Origin: Haliotis rubra
Lineage: Eukaryota
Assembly: GCF_003918875.1 (NCBI RefSeq)
Contig: NW_025764929.1
Coordinates: forward strand, 186,001 to 250,000
DNA length: 64,000 bases
Direction: 5' to 3'
In this document: positions 12,516 to 25,335 of the stretch, one piece after another
Numbering within the stretch: position 1 is the first letter of the stretch
Layout: the number at the start of each line of letters is the position of its first letter
The notes under the pieces: model-generated
The model's input: only the letters and a program-made list of their open reading frames with translations
Databases searched by the model: none
Told to the model about the DNA's origin: nothing
Made by a program: the position numbers and the translations under genes

Positions 12516-12786
12516 GTCGCGTACCGATCCGTCGAATTTCTGATTTCTAAGTATTAAAATGCATTCGACGGATGAGCACTGTGATCTTAGCTATGAATTA
12601 GTTATCCAAACATTGGATCATACCAAGAAAAAGACGCAAGGAGTGTTGGATGGTTTGACTCTTTATTTTTTTTACTTTTGTACTTATCTTAGCCTACTCA
12701 TATGATACAATGAGAAATTGATGCAATAAATATATGTTTGGACTCTCTTTATTTTTGTACTTTTGTAGAAAATCGAAATTGATGCA

Positions 12787-13350
12787 TTAACCCTTGTCTT
12801 ATGGAGCTGGGTCCAAACGGGCCCCAAGGCTATAAATATCGTGAATATATAATATCTTTGACCAGCATTTAGAATTGCTCAGGGCAATCAGATTCATTAA
12901 CCTTTTTCGGGTCTTCTACCTTGTGTGACTAGAGCACATTTTAAATGGATTAACAAAACTTATTTGAACTTATGCAACGGGAGCTTGGTGGTTATCACTC
13001 TGATTGAAGTGATGGTGGATCTGATGAAGATTATCAACCATCTGAAGGATCTGAGAGCACAGAATCCGACTGTGACCCAGAGGATGACGCTACTTCCAAC
13101 TCTGACAATGAGACTGATGTACAAAGACAAGCTCCTGACAGGTATTACAGCCGTGATGGAGGACAGTGGTTCAAGGACCCAATGCCATTAGGTCGAACGC
13201 CTCAGAGAAATATATTATTCGCCAGCTGAATGGAAAAGTCACCAATCAAAATCCAAAATGTCTGTCCTGAAATTGTTGACGATATTGTCAAATGGACAAA
13301 TAAGTTTGCTGAAATTCAGTTTGGCACAGAGTGGAAGCGAAACTATTTAA
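12787..13350 (+). mobile_element. piggyBac 5' relic
   Basis: TTAA|CCCTT terminus, then a broken frame: acidic SDEDYQPSEGSES..., W..DP..GRTPQRNI, EIVDDIVKWTNKFAE (piggyBac transposase N-terminal pattern). Confidence 0.65.
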
Positions 13351-13692
13351 GAAAACTTGTAGTCTAATCCAATACAAGCCGACCCCTTAATTAATGAACT
13401 TAGGCTCTCCCAGTGTGTTAACACGGTCTGAAATTCGACCGATTATCACAGAACCACTCAAGCATGATTCGACAGATCGGCACTGCTGACTGTTCAAAAT
13501 TCGACGGATAAGGTAGTAACCCTTGTGGCGTGCCCAAGGACCGCAGCTCCATTTAGCACATTGCGGTGCCTTATTTCGAATAAAGCAGTGATAATGGCAA
13601 CTAGTTGTACTAATATACATAAGGAGTGGTTGAATCTTGTTTTACGTTGCAGTTTGCAATGTCACAAGAGATCGACACAAATCAAGCTTGGA

Positions 13693-13866
13693 GTGAGTGA
13701 GTGAGTGAGTGAGTTGGGTTTTACTCCGCTTTTAGGAATATCCCAGCAATATCACGGCGGGGGACACCAGAAATGGGCTTCACACTTTGTACCCATGTGG
13801 GGAATCGAACCCGGGTCTTCGGCGAGACGAGCGAACGCTTTAACCTCCATGCTACCCCACCGCCCC
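13693..13866 (-). mobile_element. SINE family A
   Basis: Full-length match to family A. Confidence 0.88.
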
Positions 13867-16800
13867 ATCTTCATACGAAATACACCAACCTCACAGGTTT
13901 TATACACTACGCCCCTTTATTACCTACGTGGTCAACGTATGGGTAGTTGCATACTAATCTCGTACGTCACACGAGTGTCGTATCGCGTTGGCCTGTGTCG
14001 TAACGACTTGACATGAGATTCTAACGGTTTGATTGGATAACCGATGACCTCCTGATATCGCCCGTGAAACCTTCGCTGCTTTGGTACGACTAGTGGCGCG
14101 TGGCTGTTTGGGGTGATTGTGGGGCGGTGGGGTAGCCTAGTGGTTCAACTTAAATCCAAACTCGGTCAGCTGTGACAATGTTTTTGAGACACCCTGACAT
14201 GACCATCGGAAATGACCTCCAGACTGGTAGTCAGCCTTTTGACCACAGCTTTAGGGGATTGACATATAGATCTTACCTAGTATGACGCCCACTGCAAGTA
14301 CTGCTCTCATTGTGCTGTAGTTGTAAATACTTTAAGTGTCTCTCAGCGAGCGTTATATATACACGAAAAATATTGACATGCGATATTCAATAATAATAAT
14401 TTAAAAAAATGAAATTTCGTGGAAAACCAGCAGCTGCCAATATGTTGAAGCTTACGGACACAGCGTGTAAGTTCCACGCTGTCGCAGACGCCGTGGCGTC
14501 ACATGTAACGCATTCACCACGTGTACGGAGAATATTGCTGGTAATTACCCGAGCTCAACGGGTTTATAACATTAAATCACGACGGCCGGAATCAATGGTG
14601 AAATTCTTTCCACATTGCCAACTTTTTCATAAGATGAAGAGTGGTAGGTCTGTGGTTCAGTCCCTGACAGCATCATTCCAAAGTATGTTAAACGATGGTA
14701 CTTGTTGTCGCCCTGCCTGACGCTCGGTGTTTCGAGACTCAGTTTACTGTGTCTGACTGGGGCATCTATGTTAAGCTTCAGCATGCGACATCAGGAAATA
14801 CGGAATTTACAAAGGGTCTTACAGTCCCGTACCCTTTCAAAACACCGTGTAACTAATACTATTACAATATTACTTCACCCGCACTGGTTTATTGCTGTTT
14901 ACATCATGTTAGCGTCATTCAATTCTTACTCCGACGTAAGATCAGACTGACGTCACATCTGACGTCATTCCGAAGATTGCGGGCACCATTCAACAATTCT
15001 ACCGGTAACACGCCGTTCGTGTCCACTGCATGTTTTTGAAACGGATATAAAAATAGTTTAGAAATAAGGGGCAACAAAGAAAATATTACACTGCATAATA
15101 AATAATATGAAAATCAGTAATGTGTTATACTGTTTCAGGAGAATTCACGTATTACTGTTGCTTTCGCGCGGGAAGTACGATAACACTGACTCTCGTTTTG
15201 TAAAATCAATATGACCCATAAATCAGTATAAACTGTTGATTATCACAATTATTGCGATGCTATTGAATATCACGTCAACAATGCTATAATGCATTACGTC
15301 ACAAGTGTCAGTCAGTCTTATGCATATACTTCGGACGGCTTTCAATATGCATGATAAATCGTAAAAATGCATATGGTTACGTCCCTCCTGGGACTCCATA
15401 ATAAAACGATTAAGTTAAACATTTTATCTGGTTTACGGGAAGTGTGGGTCTCACCGCCAAAACGGCGTGGTCCCTATAGTTTTGTCTTCCGTTTTCGCGG
15501 CCATCTTGGATATCAACACGGCGAAATGTCTTCGAGGGGTGCAGCTATTGGCTCTTTTCTCACATATAGATGACACTTCGAGATACAAATATTTCTGGAG
15601 ATAATGTTAATATGATATATGTCTCTTTCAGATTCGATAATTTACAGGATGCAGTGTGTGTGCGTGGGGTGGTAATTGGGGATTTTAAGGGGGGTCACCG
15701 ATTTTGGTCGGGGGAGAAGAGTCGTCATCAATTTTGTGCACATGTACTAGGGGTTCATCAATTACGTACTTAAGAGAATGTAAAAAAAATGCTTAACAAT
15801 TATGGGAATGGGATGGGGTGGGGTCATTGATTTTGCACATGACAGGCGCGGGTGGGGTGGGGGTGGGGGTGGTGTGTGTGTGTGTGTGTCCCTGTACATA
15901 CATTTAAGAGGGGGTCATTGACATGCTTCTCGATAAAAATCGTGAACAACACTTAGACACACCCCATCCCCCACCCCACACACACGCTCAATAAATTATA
16001 AACGCTCCCTAAATATCAAAATAGGCTAAAGAACCCTGGCCCACAGTCACTGCATCCCAGACAGATGTAGGTAGTGTTAAAATTCTTGAGTTAGCTGAAA
16101 GGTGTTTCACGAGTCCATTGTTATTGTCCTATTATTGTTCAGTTTGGAAGTAACTATTTTATGTTACCCCATCTTATCATATATCGATAAGTTGGAAACA
16201 TGGCTTGAAATCAGTTTGTGATTTCATATACTAAACATACCTACGAGTAGATGACAAGCTGTAAAAATACAGGGTTCATCGAGAAGTGGTGCTAGATTAT
16301 CATACGCTACCCATCACTAAATTATATTATGACCGTTCTGTAAATTATAACTTTCTATTCGCATTTACGAAATTTATATATCTATAGTGAAATATTTATA
16401 AATGGATATGATATGTTTCCGCGTTTAAAATCAAGCTCTATTCGTATATATGTTCTTCTGGGAAATGTTGAGGACAAAACATAGATGAAAATCGTTTTGT
16501 AGGGTGGGCCCATGCTCAATTGTACATAAATAAATATAGCCAAGATAGGGGATATTCCGTAATTCTCTGTACGTGACCACAAAGGGGTAAGGGGTATTGG
16601 CCATTTTGCATCAATAGTTGTAAGGCATCGCAGAACAATCGGCAGATTTCGGGCTTGGTCGTTATATCCGAGAACAATAACGTCGCATCTGTTGTTCCCA
16701 CCAAGTTCAGTGTGTGACCCGATCTGCACCGTTTACCTCCCGATTAAGCCCGAGATGTTCTCACTGTACGTGCCGATTGGAATTTCAGGCGTAGGGTTAC

Positions 16801-17365
16801 CCGAGCTGAGGTCAGGGTGGCCTTATAAGGAGCACAGAATCAAAGGGATTTTTTAGCGGAAAACTGTAGGTCAAATAAATACATTTCATCGGGCTTGTTA
16901 TTTATATTATCAAAGAAATCCAATCTTGATCGGCTTTAAGTTCAACAAATAGGAAACATGTTTTGTTCATGAAGAAATTATTTACATTGAAAATGACACA
17001 TTGAAATGTTGCTAAGTCTTCTTGGAAACTCGTTTTAAAAAATAAGATTAATTCAGTGCATGATCTCTTTGTTGTCGAGAAGATAGCATTCTTCTTTGTG
17101 AGATTTCAATGCTTCATAAACTGACTGGTATTTGCAGGTTTATGAGTGAGTAAGTTTAGTTAAACGCCGTTATGAACAGTTTTTCAGTCATATCACAGCG
17201 ATTCAGCTTTGTTTTAGAGTATAAAGATACCGGATTCGAACTTACGATCATTGATTGCAAACATACCAAAGGGATGCAACTCTGCAAAGCGGCGCTTTAG
17301 ACCATTGGGCCTTTTTGACTGTGAGGAAATTCTTATACTAAATATACGATCGTTACAAAATACTG

Positions 17366-17717
17366 ACCGCCTCCGTGGTGTAGTGGTTAGAGCGTCCGCC
17401 CGGAGAGCGGAAGGTCGCGGGTTCAATCCCCGACGGCGTCATACCAAAAGACGTTAAAATATGGTACTTGTTGGTCCCTGCCTGGCGCTCGGTATTAATG
17501 GGTACAACAAGGACTGGTCGGCTCGGAGTCAGTATAATGTGTCTGAGTGGGGTATTCATGCTTCACTGCGGCATGGTATCTCAGTGGGCTAGCACTATAA
17601 AACCAGCTTAAGTCTGGGCTAGTACAAGCAGCCGCAAATACACATACAGACGCATGCACGTCGTCATATGAGCGAAATATTCTCAAGCACGACGTTAAAC
17701 CCAATTTCATCTCACCT
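17366..17717 (+). mobile_element. Long tRNA-derived SINE, family C (~350 bp; central domain resembles Meta/MESC-type SINE cores)
   Basis: A-box tggtgtagtggtt, B-box ggttcaatcc, core agtataatgtg..gagtgggg..cagtgggctagcactataaa, tail gaaatattct..cgacgttaaac. Head fragments at ~14640-14730 and ~42410-42485. Confidence 0.75.
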
Positions 17718-17844
17718 ACAAAATACTATTGGTATAGGCAGACAATTGTCTACCATGAAAATATATAACAAGTGAAATACACATAACACACAAACACAAA
17801 ACAACAAAAAGAAGAAAGCCGTTGTCATCTATGCAGGTTATCGT

Positions 17845-17985
17845 AAGTGAGTATGGTTTTACGCCGCTTTTAGCAATATTCCAGCAATATCAAGGCATAG
17901 GGATACCAGAAATGGGCTTCACACACTGTACCCGTGTGGGGAATCGAACACGGGTCTTCGGCGCGACTAGGCTACCCTACCGCCC
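17845..17985 (-). mobile_element. SINE family A (internally deleted)
   Basis: Match to family A. Confidence 0.8.
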
Positions 17986-18659
17986 TACGCAGGGTATCGA
18001 AACCGGTATATGCTTTTCCCCAAGTAGTATATGGGTACCCGGTAGGATTAGACGGTAATGTGACTGTTACCCTCGTAGCGCCTAACAGGCAGGTTGGGTG
18101 GCGTGGTACTATAGCAGTTTAAATAGGTTATTGTTGTAAGTGCGTGTCTTGGCAGTCAGTCAAGCTATATGTTATTCCAGGTGTGGAGTGTATTACGCCA
18201 TGCCAACCGACATATGAGGTGGCACTGTTTATATAGCCCTGGTTTACCCACACACGGTCAATCAAAACACATCACAACGCTGCTGACGCAAGCAAGCGTG
18301 TTGTCTTTTCGAGACTATTATTTACAGTCCATACTATTCAAAGTGTACTTATTGTGAAAGGTGTTGGCATCGTTCAAATATTTTTCGAGAAATGACACAA
18401 ATCATAGTATTCATGTAGTTACCACAGAACATGTTAGCCAGGTATGCATACAATCACAACTACAAGGTTCGAGATGTCCATTTTCAGAGGAGTAAAATTA
18501 TATGACGGTTAGAGCTGCTACTGTCTTAAACTATAACGTCATTGAACAGTTGTTTTTATACGAGAACGAGGAAATAAACAATTTAATTGGAAACAAATTT
18601 TTTTGACTACTTTATCATGCCTCTTGATGAGTATTTTGCAATCCCTGATTGGCACATGT

Positions 18660-19125
18660 GTATCACAACCATTGGCTGGTCCGTCACAACCATTGGCGGG
18701 TACATCACAACCCTTGGCGGGTACATCACTACCCTTGGCGGGTACATCACTACCCTTGGCGGGTACATCACAACCATTGGCTTGGTACATCACTACCCTT
18801 GACGGGTACATCACAACCATTGGCGGGTACTATCACATCACCCTTGGCGGTACATCACATCACTCACCCTTACATCACAACCATTGGCTGGTACATCACT
18901 ACCCTTGGCGGGTACATCACTACCATTGGCTGGTACATCACTACCCTTGGCGGGTACATCACAACCATTGGCTGGGTACATCACTACCCTTGGGTGGTAC
19001 ATCACAACCATTGGCTGGTACATCACTACCCTTGGCAGGTACATCACTACCCTTGGCAGGTACATCACTACCCCTTGGCGGGTACATCACAACATCACTA
19101 CCCTTGGCGGGTACATCACAACTCT
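18660..19125. repeat. ~21-bp minisatellite
   Basis: Unit ggcgggtacatcactaccctt. Confidence 0.93.
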
Positions 19126-19164
19126 TGATTGGCACAACAGATGCTGCTATATTTTAGTTATATC

Positions 19165-20120
19165 ACTGTATGTCGGTGTCAGTTATATCACAGTATGTCG
19201 GTGTCAGTTATATATCAGCATGTCAGTGTCAGTTATAATTATCACAGTATGTCAGTGCCACTTATATCTCAGTATGTCATTGTCAGTTATATCACGGTAT
19301 GTCAGTGTCAGTCATATCTCAGTATGTCATTGTCAGTTATATCACAGTATGTTATTGTCAGTTATACCACAGTATGTCAGTGTCAGTTATACCACAGTAT
19401 GTTATTGTCAGTTATACCACAGTATGTCAGTTATATCACAGTATGTTATTGTCAGTTATACCACAGTATGTCAGTGTCAGTTATACCACAGTATGTCAGT
19501 CAGTTATACCACAGTATGTCATTGTCAGTTATACCACAGTATGTCATCGTCAGTTATACCACAGTATGTCATCGTCAGTTATACCACAGTATGTTATTGT
19601 CAGTTATACCACAGTATGTTATTGTCAGTTATACCACAGTATGTCATTGTCAGTTATACCACAGTATGTCATTGTCAGTTATACCACAGTATGTCATTGT
19701 CAGTTATACCACAGTATGTCAGTGTCAGTTATACCACAGTATGTCATTGTCAGTTATACCACAGTATGTCATTGTCAGTTATACCACAGTATGTCATCGT
19801 CAGTTATACCACAGTATGTCATTGTCAGTTATACCACAGTATGTTATTGTCAGTTATACCACAGTATGTTATTGTCAGTTATACCACAGTATGTCATTGT
19901 CAGTTATACCACAGTATGTTATTGTCAGTTATACCACAGTATGTTATTGTCAGTTATACCACAGTATGTTATTGTCAGTTATACCACAGCATGCCATTAT
20001 CAGTTATACCACAGTATGTTATTGTCAGTTATACCACAGTATGTTAATGTCAGTTATACCACAGTATGTCATTGTCAGCAATACCACAGTATGTTATTGT
20101 CAGCTATACCACAGTATGTA
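19165..20120. repeat. 25-bp minisatellite
   Basis: Unit cagttataccacagtatgtcattgt. Confidence 0.95.
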
Positions 20121-20591
20121 ATTATTGGCAAATGTCAGTGACTTCCATTATGGGTGAACCAAATATTTTATGACACTTCATGTAATTGTTGTTGCTCATA
20201 TATTCTGCCAAAACATCATAAAACGTACACAAAATTCATGAACACTTACTTTTCTTACTAAAAAAATGAAATGATGAGGATATGTTGTAGTTTAATTACT
20301 GTGAATAATGATCAGAATTGTCTTTCCATGTTCAAACACAACTGGCTGACACACACAAAACACATAGCCGATATCAACGAACTTCTATTTTAGGGATATT
20401 CAAACAGTAAATACATTTTCAAAAGGTATATTTCTTGTATTTCTTTACATTTTAACCTTTCCACATATCGTACAGATATGATTCAAATAAATATGCATTT
20501 GCAATTTCAGTCATATTTGAAAGCAAAAGGACTTTAATATTTTCAAAAAACGTAAGAAAATAAGGCAAGCCTAATTATGGGCTGTTATTGA

Positions 20592-20994
20592 TCACAATGC
20601 TTTGTAACTAGCAAGCACCTGTTCCAGTGCCACAAAACTGTCAATAAAGTCATCTTCTGCCAAACCATGTCTCTTGTACTGGTGCACATACGCTCGCGAT
20701 GAGAACATAGTCCATGCGCGACTGATCGTGTTTTCTAGTGCACCAATCGGAGACTGGCTATTGCTGACTAGGACAGCAGACTTTTCGTACTGGTTGAATA
20801 TCCGGGGTTGTTTCAAGACGTCCAGTGTAAACTCATGGGGCATCCAATCAGTGTACAACTTCTTGTCCTGAAATGCAGCACATCTGCCGTCATGGATTCT
20901 TTACCGCGGAGAATCAGGGTGTTGGCAAGAGACCGGTTTGACCTGTGTGACCCTCTGGGAGTCGCTGACCCAGTCGTGATGTCCCAATTGATGC
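20592..20994 (-). CDS. TUBD1: Delta-tubulin, last coding exon (apparent 1-nt deletion at ~20880)
   Basis: Acceptor cacacag|G. GINWD..NRSLANTLILRGK, then LYTDW..YEKSAVLVSNSQ..AWTMFSSRAYVHQY..DFIDSF..LEQVLASY, matching the TUBD1 C-terminus. Confidence 0.92.
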
Positions 20995-21522
20995 CTGTGT
21001 GAAGATGAAAAGAGAACAACGACTCGTCAGATGAAACTATGTCATGTGTTATGGTACTTGGGTTTGTATGATGGCTGAACGCATCCTTTAAAATCTCACA
21101 TCGGCACTAAAATATTATTATGCAAATGGAAGATACACCCTCATGTCTGGTAATAAAACATTGATGGCTCTGGAACAAACCGACAGGCATCTGTTAAGTT
21201 CTAGATGCTTTGCGAAACACTGACGTAAAGGCACATAGACGTTACCACCTTTATTATGTGTATCTTTTGTGAATTTATTTGTGCTTTAATGCCCCACTCA
21301 GGAATATTCCAGCTCTGTGCGGTGGCCTGTCATAATCTGAGTCTGGATCAGACAATCCAGTGATTTATACTGTAACAAATGGCATCAAGACAATCACCGA
21401 GTCAGACCACCTGATCCACTGCTCTTACGACCAGCAGGGAACCAATACCAACCCAGAATCTCCATGGACAATACAAATTCTATCTTCATGATTCATTTGC
21501 ATATTGGAGAATGCCAAGAAAC

Positions 21523-21635
21523 CAGGGCCTAGATTTTTGAAGCTCTCTTTGCGTTAAGATAGTCGTAAGTGCCATACATTAACATTAACTTACGACTATC
21601 ATAGTGCTAAGAGAGCTTCAAAAATCTAGGCCCTG
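21523..21635. mobile_element. Palindromic PIF/Harbinger-like MITE (~110 bp hairpin)
   Basis: cagggcctagatttttgaagctctct ... agagagcttcaaaaatctaggccctg, CWG flanks. Confidence 0.75.
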
Positions 21636-21895
21636 ACTCATAGTCAAGGGAAAATATAGGAGCATCATTTCACTTTCAAAGATTCAGTGTCCCAGAAGTC
21701 AGGGCACATTTGAGATCAGTTAGATTTGCTCCTAGAGCATTTGATTTAAGGTCTTAATCTTTATAGCCACCATATAGCTGGAATATTGCTGAGTGTGGCG
21801 TTAAACTAAACTAAACTCACTTAATCTTTATTATTCCACATTGGGACAAGGAACCCTTGACTTTCATGAATATAGTCAGTGCTTCATCAGCCTAC

Positions 21896-22061
21896 CTTCT
21901 TCCATAGCGGCATCAGCCACGAGCATCTGCCGCAGGTGCTTCAGCAAAGCCATGCCACTGGTAGGTGCTGAACTCCATGGCTCTCTCCGACATCTGGGGG
22001 ATGTTCTTCAGTGTGAGGAGCTTATACTCAGGGTGGGGGACAAGATGATGCAACATAGAAC
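21896..22061 (-). CDS. TUBD1: Delta-tubulin, internal exon (apparent 1-nt insertion at ~21947)
   Basis: ag|GT..HLVPHPEYKLLTLKNIPQMSE..W(H)G/LLKHLRQML..AAMEE G|gtagg. The exon is 166 nt where 165 is expected. Confidence 0.9.
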
Positions 22062-22344
22062 CTGGGGTGAAAAAAGGCAGTTGTCAGGGTAACAGATATA
22101 TATAAAAAAAAGAAAAAAAGAAAGATATAAAATAAGTGAATATGCTTAGAAGTCTGGAACAAATATAAACAAAATTTAGAGGCAGTTTTTGAAAAGGTGT
22201 TAATGGAGTGCTTGTGATCCAAGTCTGACTCCAAGACCATGGAGGTGAAGGTCAGGGTGTCCTCTGAGGAATGACTTCAGACCTTGCTTCACATATAAAA
22301 GTGTAGTGTAAAACAAGGCTGCCATAACATTACCTCATATGCGT

Positions 22345-22500
22345 GAGTGAGTGAGTTTAGTTTTATGCCACTGTTAGCAATGTTCCAGCAATATCATGGC
22401 GGGACATCAGAAATGGGCTTCACACATTGTACCCATGTGGGGAATCGAACCCGGGTGTTCAGCGAAATGAGCGAATGCTTTAACCACTAGGCTACCCCAC
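22345..22500 (-). mobile_element. SINE family A
   Basis: Match to family A. Confidence 0.85.
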
Positions 22501-22939
22501 CTCATATGAAGAACATATATTTTTTTTTATGCTATGCAAAGGGCTTCAACTATGTTGAAGATGAACTGAATAACCTGCTAATGTGCTAGATTGCCAGTCG
22601 AGACAAGACTGCTTTCCTAATTATGATTAACCCACCAACAGTTAGAAAAATGGCCATTTGCACTCATCATATGAATATCATGTATACAACTTAGTCAGAA
22701 GTCCTAAACTTGCATGGTTAAGAAGGAAGTGTGGTGAGATGTCCGTCATTTCTGACAAATTCTTCTAACTCATGCATTAAGAGCATCTTTGTGTCCTCAG
22801 CTCTGCCACTACATTACGCAAACGTAACGATGTTACAGAACGAATTGAGAATTTTATAAGTTCTTTTAGTATGACTTGAATCTTTGGATACCAATACTTC
22901 TCAAGACAGAGTTATGACCAAGAATATTTAATTTTTGTT

Positions 22940-23148
22940 GTTGCTTGTTTAAAGCCACACTGCAATATTCCTGCGGTCTGTAAGTAATGAGTCTGGACCA
23001 GACAATTGACAAATCAAGAGCATGAGCATCAATCTGAGCAACTTGAAACTTGATGATGTGTCAACCAAGTCAGCGAGTCTGACCACCCGATCGCGTTACT
23101 CGCCTCTTACGACAAGCATGGGTTGCTGAAGTCCAATTCTAACCCGGA
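22940..23148 (-). mobile_element. SINE-like family B
   Basis: Match to family B core. Confidence 0.75.
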
Positions 23149-23173
23149 GAGCTGATTTAAGCTAACCACGTAC

Positions 23174-23961
23174 CAAGATCATTTGAACAGGTGTAGCCAT
23201 CACTGTCACTATGAGCAGGCTGCAAGAAACTAGCCATCTTGTGGCTCACAACTTTGTTAATGGCTCGGAATGAGATCTTGTTGATGTTGAGCAGTTGTTG
23301 ACAGATTTTGTGTAGGCTGTCATTCTCCATGACGACAATAGCATCAGACGTGCTGTACAGATGTGAGAGAGTCAACATGGCGTTGTAGTTCTGCACAATT
23401 ACCTCCCCTGTCTGGTAGGGCCACACAACTTGATTCATGATGAATGAGTGGGGATATTCATCCCGCAGAGCCTCTGTCGTGTATGCACCAACGCCTGACC
23501 CGGTCCCACCAGCTAGACTCAAGTAGCAGATAAACCCAGACAAGTTGTCACACTTTTCTGCTTCACGCCTCAACATATTTAATACATCATCCCGAACACG
23601 TGGTCCATGTACGCAGAACCCATGAGCCCAATTATTCCCTGAACCTCGTTTCTGACAGAATTGTTGTTTATCAGGATACTTCCATTTCCCACTTCTCTTG
23701 GCCTCCAAACAAGTCTGTGCTATTGCCTTGGACTCCATATCCACCATCACTGCCCGAGCATCAACTGTATCCTCCTTGCCTAGAGTTGTCTCCCTTGGAG
23801 AAAAGAATCTGTCCAGGGTCTCGTTAATATACTCCTGGTTCTTGCTAGGGTTGACCCCCGACCTGTGACGGCTTGGAATAAGCATCGTCAATGATTGTAG
23901 AGAAGAACTGACCACCAATCTGATTGCCACACTGACCAAGCTGGACTGTTATCACTGACAT
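23174..23961 (-). CDS. TUBD1: Delta-tubulin, first coding exon (apparent +1 in C5 run 23855-23859)
   Basis: ATG at 23961: [16 protein letters not shown]. Also [18 protein letters not shown], tubulin signature [18 protein letters not shown]. Donor CTTG|gtacg. The exon acceptor is at 24066, so a 5'UTR intron lies upstream. Confidence 0.95.
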
Positions 23962-24142
23962 GGCAGTATCTGGATTTGGGGACAGAACCAGGGTCCTTGT
24001 TCTTCAATAATACATTTATAAAGATGAGAACTTTGTGTTTACATCACCAGTGTCCCTGCTTGTCACCTGTAACAGAAACAAGAGTCTGTGAGTGATGGAG
24101 TGATTGAATGTGTGAGTTAGGCTTATTGCCTCTTAGAACAGT

Positions 24143-24187
24143 GGGGCAGTGGGGTAGCCTAGTGGTTAAAGCAATCGCTCGTTACAC
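24143..24187 (+). mobile_element. SINE family A 5' head (A-box), split by the P element; continues 32323-32376
   Basis: ggggcagtggggtagcctagtggttaaagcaatcgctcgttacac | element | gttacaccaaagacccgggttcgattcc. Confidence 0.9.
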
Positions 24188-24250
24188 CAGGGAGACTCTA
24201 TAAGAGGGAGTGGTCACTCCTCGAAAAGCCCCGGAGCTGTGCCTCGGCTC

Positions 24251-24377
24251 GTCACGTGACCAGTGTAGCCAATATGGCGGCAGCTTAGTATATAAGATTG
24301 AGCCTGGTCTATTTTCAACAGCTGAATACATTCGCCGAGTGTTGTGACAACTGATAACCCACACGTAGAAGGTAAGT
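24251..24377 (+). promoter_or_regulatory. Putative internal promoter and 5'UTR exon of the transposase gene
   Basis: Palindromic E-box gtcacgtgac 24251-24260, CCAAT, YY1-like aatatggcggc, consensus donor GAAG|gtaagt at 24371/24372. The first coding ATG (27541) directly follows an acceptor, so an upstream exon is implied. Confidence 0.5.
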
Positions 24378-24564
24378 CACCTATTCTGTCACTTCATTTT
24401 AAGTCAAATAATTGTTATTAGTGTCAGTATTAGTACAATAGATTTGTAGTAAAGTTTCAAGTCGGAGTGTTGTAGCTCACTGGCTTCCATTCTCGGTACA
24501 CAGCGGAGAAAGACTAAATTATGTCGCTAAAAAGTTCTTTCACACAATCGATTAATTTTTAGAA

Positions 24565-25335
24565 GGGAAATATACCTTTAGTTGAAAGTTGTATGCAAGT
24601 AATAGTGATAGTTTTATCATTTAAAAAAATTTGTTAAGGTATATTTGAGGTGTGTGAAAAATGTGAAATATCGCCGATGTGTGCTGACCCGCCATTGAAA
24701 TACTACAGGGCGATGTTTGAGTGCTTCTAGTTATTGTTCTAAAGACTTCTTTCACATGCACCTTTAATATTTATGAGGGGAATATACCATCAGATGAAAG
24801 GTGTTTGCAGGTAATAGTGATAGTTTTAAAACTTTAAAAAAATTGTGAGGGTGTATTTGAGGTGTGTGAAAAATGTGAAATTTCGCCGATCTGTTCTGAC
24901 CCGCCATTGAAATACTACAGGGCGATGTTTGAGTGCTTCTAGTTATTGTTCTAAAGACTTCTTTCACATGCACCTTTAATTTTTATGAGGGGAATATACC
25001 ATCAGATGAAAGTTGTATGCAAGTAATAGTGATAGTTTCATTATTTAAAAAAAATTGTTAGGGTGTAGTTGAGGTGTGTGAAAAATGTGAAATATCGCCG
25101 ATGTGTTCTGACCCGCCATTGAAATACTACAGGGCGATGTTTGAGTGCTTCTAGTTATGGTTCTAAAGACTTCTTTCACATGCACCTTTAATATTTATGA
25201 GGGGAATATACCATCAGATGAAAGGTGTTTGCAGGTAATAGTGATAGTTTTATAACTTTAAAAAAATTGTTAGGGTGTAGTTGAGGTGTGTGAAAAATGT
25301 GACATATAGTGGATCTGTTTTGACCAGCCATGGAT
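24565..25335. repeat. 212-bp tandem repeat (~3.6 units, ABAB) inside the P element
   Basis: gaggtgtgtgaaaa at 24647, 24859, 25071, 25283. Confidence 0.93.

Noticed and set aside
17366-17440. tRNA gene (also the heads of family A copies)
   Set aside because: A/B boxes are present, but the sequence runs on into a SINE body and tail, is dispersed in many copies with TSDs, and lacks a clean acceptor stem.
18539-20141. Long Cys/Tyr/Val-rich ORFs
   Set aside because: Translations of the 21-bp and 25-bp minisatellites.
23157-23939. ORF-track start for tubulin (MVSVAIRL...)
   Set aside because: The true start is ATG 23961 ([16 protein letters not shown]). The listed N-terminus is the wrong frame upstream of a homopolymer indel.
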